Below, piece after piece: positions 61,066-64,000 of a stretch of DNA of 64,000 bases. Position 1 is the first letter of the stretch. Each line of letters starts with the position of its first letter. This DNA is from Gammaproteobacteria bacterium. GTDB taxonomy: Bacteria > Pseudomonadota > Gammaproteobacteria > CAJXQU01. The position numbers and the translations under genes are program-made. Below the pieces are notes generated by a model. The model was not told the origin of the DNA. It searched no databases and worked only from the letters and a program-made list of their open reading frames with translations. Location of the stretch: positions 288,001 through 352,000 of the forward strand of contig CBDEGZ010000003.1 in the NCBI GenBank assembly GCA_965238175.1. The letters run 5' to 3'.

Positions 61066-61111
61066 AAAAGTTGTCATAGCCGAGCGTAAAACTTAGTCTA
61101 TGACAACTTTT
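61066..61111. promoter_or_regulatory. Perfect 14-bp inverted repeat upstream of alpA (terminator or operator)
   Basis: AAAAGTTGTCATAG-N18-CTATGACAACTTTT. Confidence 0.55.
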
Positions 61112-61132
61112 TATTTTATAGTGAAAAAAGTT

Positions 61133-61840
61133 TCAGAATTTTCTTCTAAGAGTCTCACTTTTAATTTTACTGTCGGGGTTATTTTGGTTATGCCTATCTG
61201 CAATTATCTGTGAGGCATTTCTTTTAGTAATTTTGTTTCCTTTTTCTATTAGCCTACGGGTTTCGGTAATGAAGGGTTCCCAAAACCTGTCAGCATTCTC
61301 TTTCCGTTGCTTCCCCACAGCCCCTCTAGAAATTGCATTATTTTTTCTTTGGTTAAACCCAACCTTTCTTTTGTTCTTTGTCGTCGCACCCTTAATGTAG
61401 CCCGTATGTCTATTACTTTGTGTTGCCGGGCTCTTCACTTCTATATAGAGATTAATTAAATAATCTAAATCATCCCAAAATTTTGGAGGAGGTAATATTT
61501 GTTTTTTTACATCTTCAGCCTTTATATCAACCTCAAGCTCGATCAATAATTGTGGTCTTTCAGTTCCTTTTGGAAGTTCTGATTCCCAATGTCGGGCCAT
61601 CCAATAAATAACTTGTTTATGAGCATTGTTTTCATCACAACCTAAATCATTCTTTGCAATTTCCAATAACTTGCTTCTTTTTGAGGCAAATTTTCGCCCC
61701 TCATCATCTTGCAGCCACTCTGGAAGCTCGCCTAATACTCCATCGTATTCAGCATTAATTCTTTTATTAGCATTATCGAAAAGGATTGATAGTTCTTTAT
61801 CCCATTCCTCATCAGTATCATCCTCGTCAAATATTCCCAT
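61133..61840 (-). CDS. Hypothetical protein, acidic N-terminus and basic HTH-like C-terminus
   Basis: Likely start MGIFDEDD at 61840; ends KRNASQIIA...KSETLRRKF; lies immediately upstream of alpA. Confidence 0.6.
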   Translation of the reverse strand: MGIFDEDDTDEEWDKELSILFDNANKRINAEYDGVLGELPEWLQDDEGRKFASKRSKLLEIAKNDLGCDENNAHKQVIYWMARHWESELPKGTERPQLLIELEVDIKAEDVKKQILPPPKFWDDLDYLINLYIEVKSPATQSNRHTGYIKGATTKNKRKVGFNQRKNNAISRGAVGKQRKENADRFWEPFITETRRLIEKGNKITKRNASQIIADRHNQNNPDSKIKSETLRRKF

Positions 61841-61871
61841 CAGCACACCTTCTACACTCCCTTCAAAAGAA

Positions 61872-61926
61872 ACCAAGCCAGAGCGGTGAAGGACGCCGCT
61901 TTTTCGGGAGCTACCCTAGGCTTGGT
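61872..61926 (-). ncRNA. Candidate structured cis-regulatory RNA (possibly int-alpA motif-like)
   Basis: Outer stem ACCAAGCC/GGCTTGGT encloses GGG-TAGCT-CCC and AGCGG-N9-CCGCT hairpins. Confidence 0.45.
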
Positions 61927-61951
61927 GATTTGGTTACTTATTCTCGCTAAT

Positions 61952-62506
61952 TTAACCAGTGATTACTGATTCTTGAAGTTTTGGTTCATTAGCCACCATT
62001 TGGTTAAGTATTTCAGGCCACACTTTAAATAAAATTTCTTTGTTAATTTCATGAGGATTTACTACAATTTTAAATTGTCCGCGGTAAACATCCCCCATTA
62101 CTTCACGTGATAATCGTAAGCCTTCTATCTCACCACCTAACGGCGGTAGTTCTTGTCGTAGCAGCGCTACATTTCCAACCGCGCCGTCTCTATCCTGCCA
62201 TCGATCTAAATAACAGTTAGCAGTATTAATATTATCTTTAGCTTCCTCAATGTTATTTTCTTTTAAAGAACATTGAGCTAAAGATAACCGTGTCTGACTT
62301 TCATCTACCTCAGTCCAACAAGTTATTAGCAAATCATTCAAATCTTTCATTGCCTCTAACAAAGCCTTGGAGTCATCGCTCGCAATCTGCCCCGCCCACG
62401 ATTCAACTTCCTTTATTATTCGTCTTGCTGCAACGCTTGTTCTGCCTCCCATGCCAACAGGGTTTGGGCGAGTATGAGTTAGTGGTGTAATATCTTTCTT
62501 AGTCAT
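61952..62506 (-). CDS. Hypothetical protein, helical
   Basis: 184-aa ORF with a strong AGGAGG RBS; no recognised domain. Confidence 0.6.
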   Translation of the reverse strand: MTKKDITPLTHTRPNPVGMGGRTSVAARRIIKEVESWAGQIASDDSKALLEAMKDLNDLLITCWTEVDESQTRLSLAQCSLKENNIEEAKDNINTANCYLDRWQDRDGAVGNVALLRQELPPLGGEIEGLRLSREVMGDVYRGQFKIVVNPHEINKEILFKVWPEILNQMVANEPKLQESVITG

Positions 62507-62586
62507 GATGACCTCCTATGTAGGTCCTTATGGTTAGGGAATGTTGGGTGTTGTCGCACCTTTCATTTCCCGTTAAAAAAAACAGT

Positions 62587-63807
62587 TCAACCAGATTGGT
62601 TAAATATGCCGGTAATAACTTTCTTTTCATTTCTCAGGCTGTCCAAGTAATCAGCCCATTGTTGCATCATCTTTTTGCGTTCTGGCAGGTACTCAGCATA
62701 GTTGTATGCCGCTCTAACGTTATCTCTTTCAGCATGTGCCAGTTGTCGCTCTATCCAGTCTTTATTAAATCCTTGTTCGTTCAATAGTGTTGAAGCCATA
62801 CTTCTAAAACCATGTCCTGTCATTTCTTCTTTGGTGTAACCCAGTCTTCGTAATGCGCCATTGATGGTATTTTCTGACATGGGCTTTCTATTGGATCTAA
62901 TACTTGGAAATAAGTATTGTCCTGAGCCTGTCAGTGGGTGGAGTTCTTCGAGTATGACAAGTGTTTGGACAGATAAAGGAACGATGTGTTGTTCTTTCAT
63001 CTTCATCTTTTCAGCAGGTATACGCCATTCAGCTTTGGCTATATCAAACTCTGACCATTCGGCATGTCTTAATTCACCTGGACGGACAAAGAGAATTGGA
63101 GCGAGTCGTAAAGCACATGTGATCACAAAAAAACCATCATAACCATCGATAGCACGTAACAAAGCACCCACTTGTGATGGGTTCGTAATCGATGCGTGAT
63201 GTTTGTGTGTAACAGGAGATAGAGCACCTTTTAAAGCACCTGTCGGATCGTTCTCAGCGCGACTCGTCGCAACGGCATACCGAAACACCTGTCCACAATT
63301 TTGTAATGTTCTGTGAGCGGTATCAACAGCGCCAGTGCTTTCAATCTGTCGTAGAGCTACAAGTATTTCAGCCGCGGTAATTTCGGTAATAGGTTTGTGA
63401 CCCATTCGAGGAAAGATGTAAGTCTCGAAACGTTGGATCAGTTTATGTAGATAACTAGGCACCCATTTAGATGAAGTCACTTTTAACCATTCACGAGCGA
63501 TTACTTCAAAGCTATTTTCAGCTCCCATTGCATCAGCAGCTTTCTGTGCTTTCCTATCTTCACTTGGATCAATCTTATCAGATAACAAGCTACGTGCTTC
63601 TTCACGACGGTCACGAGCATCCTTTAAAGAAACTTCTGGATAGACTCCCAGTGATATTTGTTTCTCTTTACCTTTGAATGAATATCTCAGTCGCCACCAC
63701 TTGCCGCCATTAGGACTGACTAACAAAAATAGACCACGACCATCTGTCATTTTGTACTGTTTTTCTTTGGGCTTTGCCTTTTGGATCGCGGTATTCGTTA
63801 AAACCAT
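62587..63807 (-). CDS. P4-like tyrosine integrase with N-terminal arm-binding domain
   Basis: LTNTAIQKAKP...DGRGL.L...LGVYPEVSL; catalytic VRPGELR, HGFR, QLAH, AAYN. Confidence 0.96.
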   Translation of the reverse strand: MVLTNTAIQKAKPKEKQYKMTDGRGLFLLVSPNGGKWWRLRYSFKGKEKQISLGVYPEVSLKDARDRREEARSLLSDKIDPSEDRKAQKAADAMGAENSFEVIAREWLKVTSSKWVPSYLHKLIQRFETYIFPRMGHKPITEITAAEILVALRQIESTGAVDTAHRTLQNCGQVFRYAVATSRAENDPTGALKGALSPVTHKHHASITNPSQVGALLRAIDGYDGFFVITCALRLAPILFVRPGELRHAEWSEFDIAKAEWRIPAEKMKMKEQHIVPLSVQTLVILEELHPLTGSGQYLFPSIRSNRKPMSENTINGALRRLGYTKEEMTGHGFRSMASTLLNEQGFNKDWIERQLAHAERDNVRAAYNYAEYLPERKKMMQQWADYLDSLRNEKKVITGIFNQSG

Positions 63808-63940
63808 GTCGTTTCCCTATGGATAATTATCCAATAAATACGGGTAACTGTTTCTGGTACTTTGGGAGTTACCCAGATAGTGGCCCGTCTTTTTCGTGGA
63901 TTCTATAAGATGACTTTAGACGCTAATGGACAAGGAAGCA

Positions 63941-63968
63941 ATAAAAAAGCCCGCTAGAATGCGGGCTT
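63941..63968 (-). terminator. Intrinsic terminator near the presumed attachment site
   Basis: AAGCCCGC-N6-GCGGGCTT stem with a U-tract on the minus strand; would stop a transcript arriving from beyond the right edge. Confidence 0.7.
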
Positions 63969-64000
63969 ATGGATGTTGCTGGATGTTACTGAACTACAAT

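Larger units (their letters stand above)
56298..64000 (-). mobile_element. Integrative phage-satellite-like element (PICI-like), left side cut by IS481
   Basis: Co-oriented int - 2 ORFs - alpA - HTH - rep-like - 2 virion-like proteins - terS; no capsid, portal, TerL or tail genes seen. Confidence 0.75.

Noticed and set aside
56495-63807. Complete prophage
   Set aside because: No TerL, portal, capsid, tail, lysis or CI/Cro switch in the visible part.
1-64000. tRNA, rRNA or riboswitch (e.g. TPP before thiS, Moco before modB)
   Set aside because: No recognisable consensus seen by eye; thiS overlaps the upstream gene, leaving no leader.

Overview
A 64-kb window from an AT-rich gammaproteobacterial chromosome; the taxon is inferred from gene content and order only. 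Core blocks are ndk-rlmN-pilW-rodZ-hisS-yfgM-bamB' (no ispG), mnmA, msrB, cysK, ppnP, modBC, purC, yrfG, trmB-thiG-thiS-SPOR-priA, and mrcA divergent from pilMNOPQ. Accessory content has five parts. (1) A six-gene synthase-type exopolysaccharide operon (BcsB-like protein, MshEN-fused processive GT2, polytopic membrane protein, GH113-like hydrolase, beta-barrel, CotH kinase), with a hybrid kinase and a REC-PAS-GGDEF-EAL gene converging on it across an IS. (2) An N-methylglutamate (methylamine) cluster with an unexpected LuxR-type gene inside it and a PuuB-like oxidase after gmaS. (3) Two near-identical IS481-family copies, decayed IS982 and IS481 relics, pseudogenes and an ERIC-like MITE. (4) A tandem duplication rich in GGA motifs upstream of pilM. 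(5) A PICI-like phage-satellite element at the right end (P4-type integrase, AlpA, HTH/rep-like genes, small terminase). It carries two proteins resembling podovirus DNA-ejection proteins, has no visible capsid or primase, and is cut by IS481 on its left side. The satellite and the EPS operon are the best candidates for undescribed systems. All calls come from reading motifs by eye; no searches were run.
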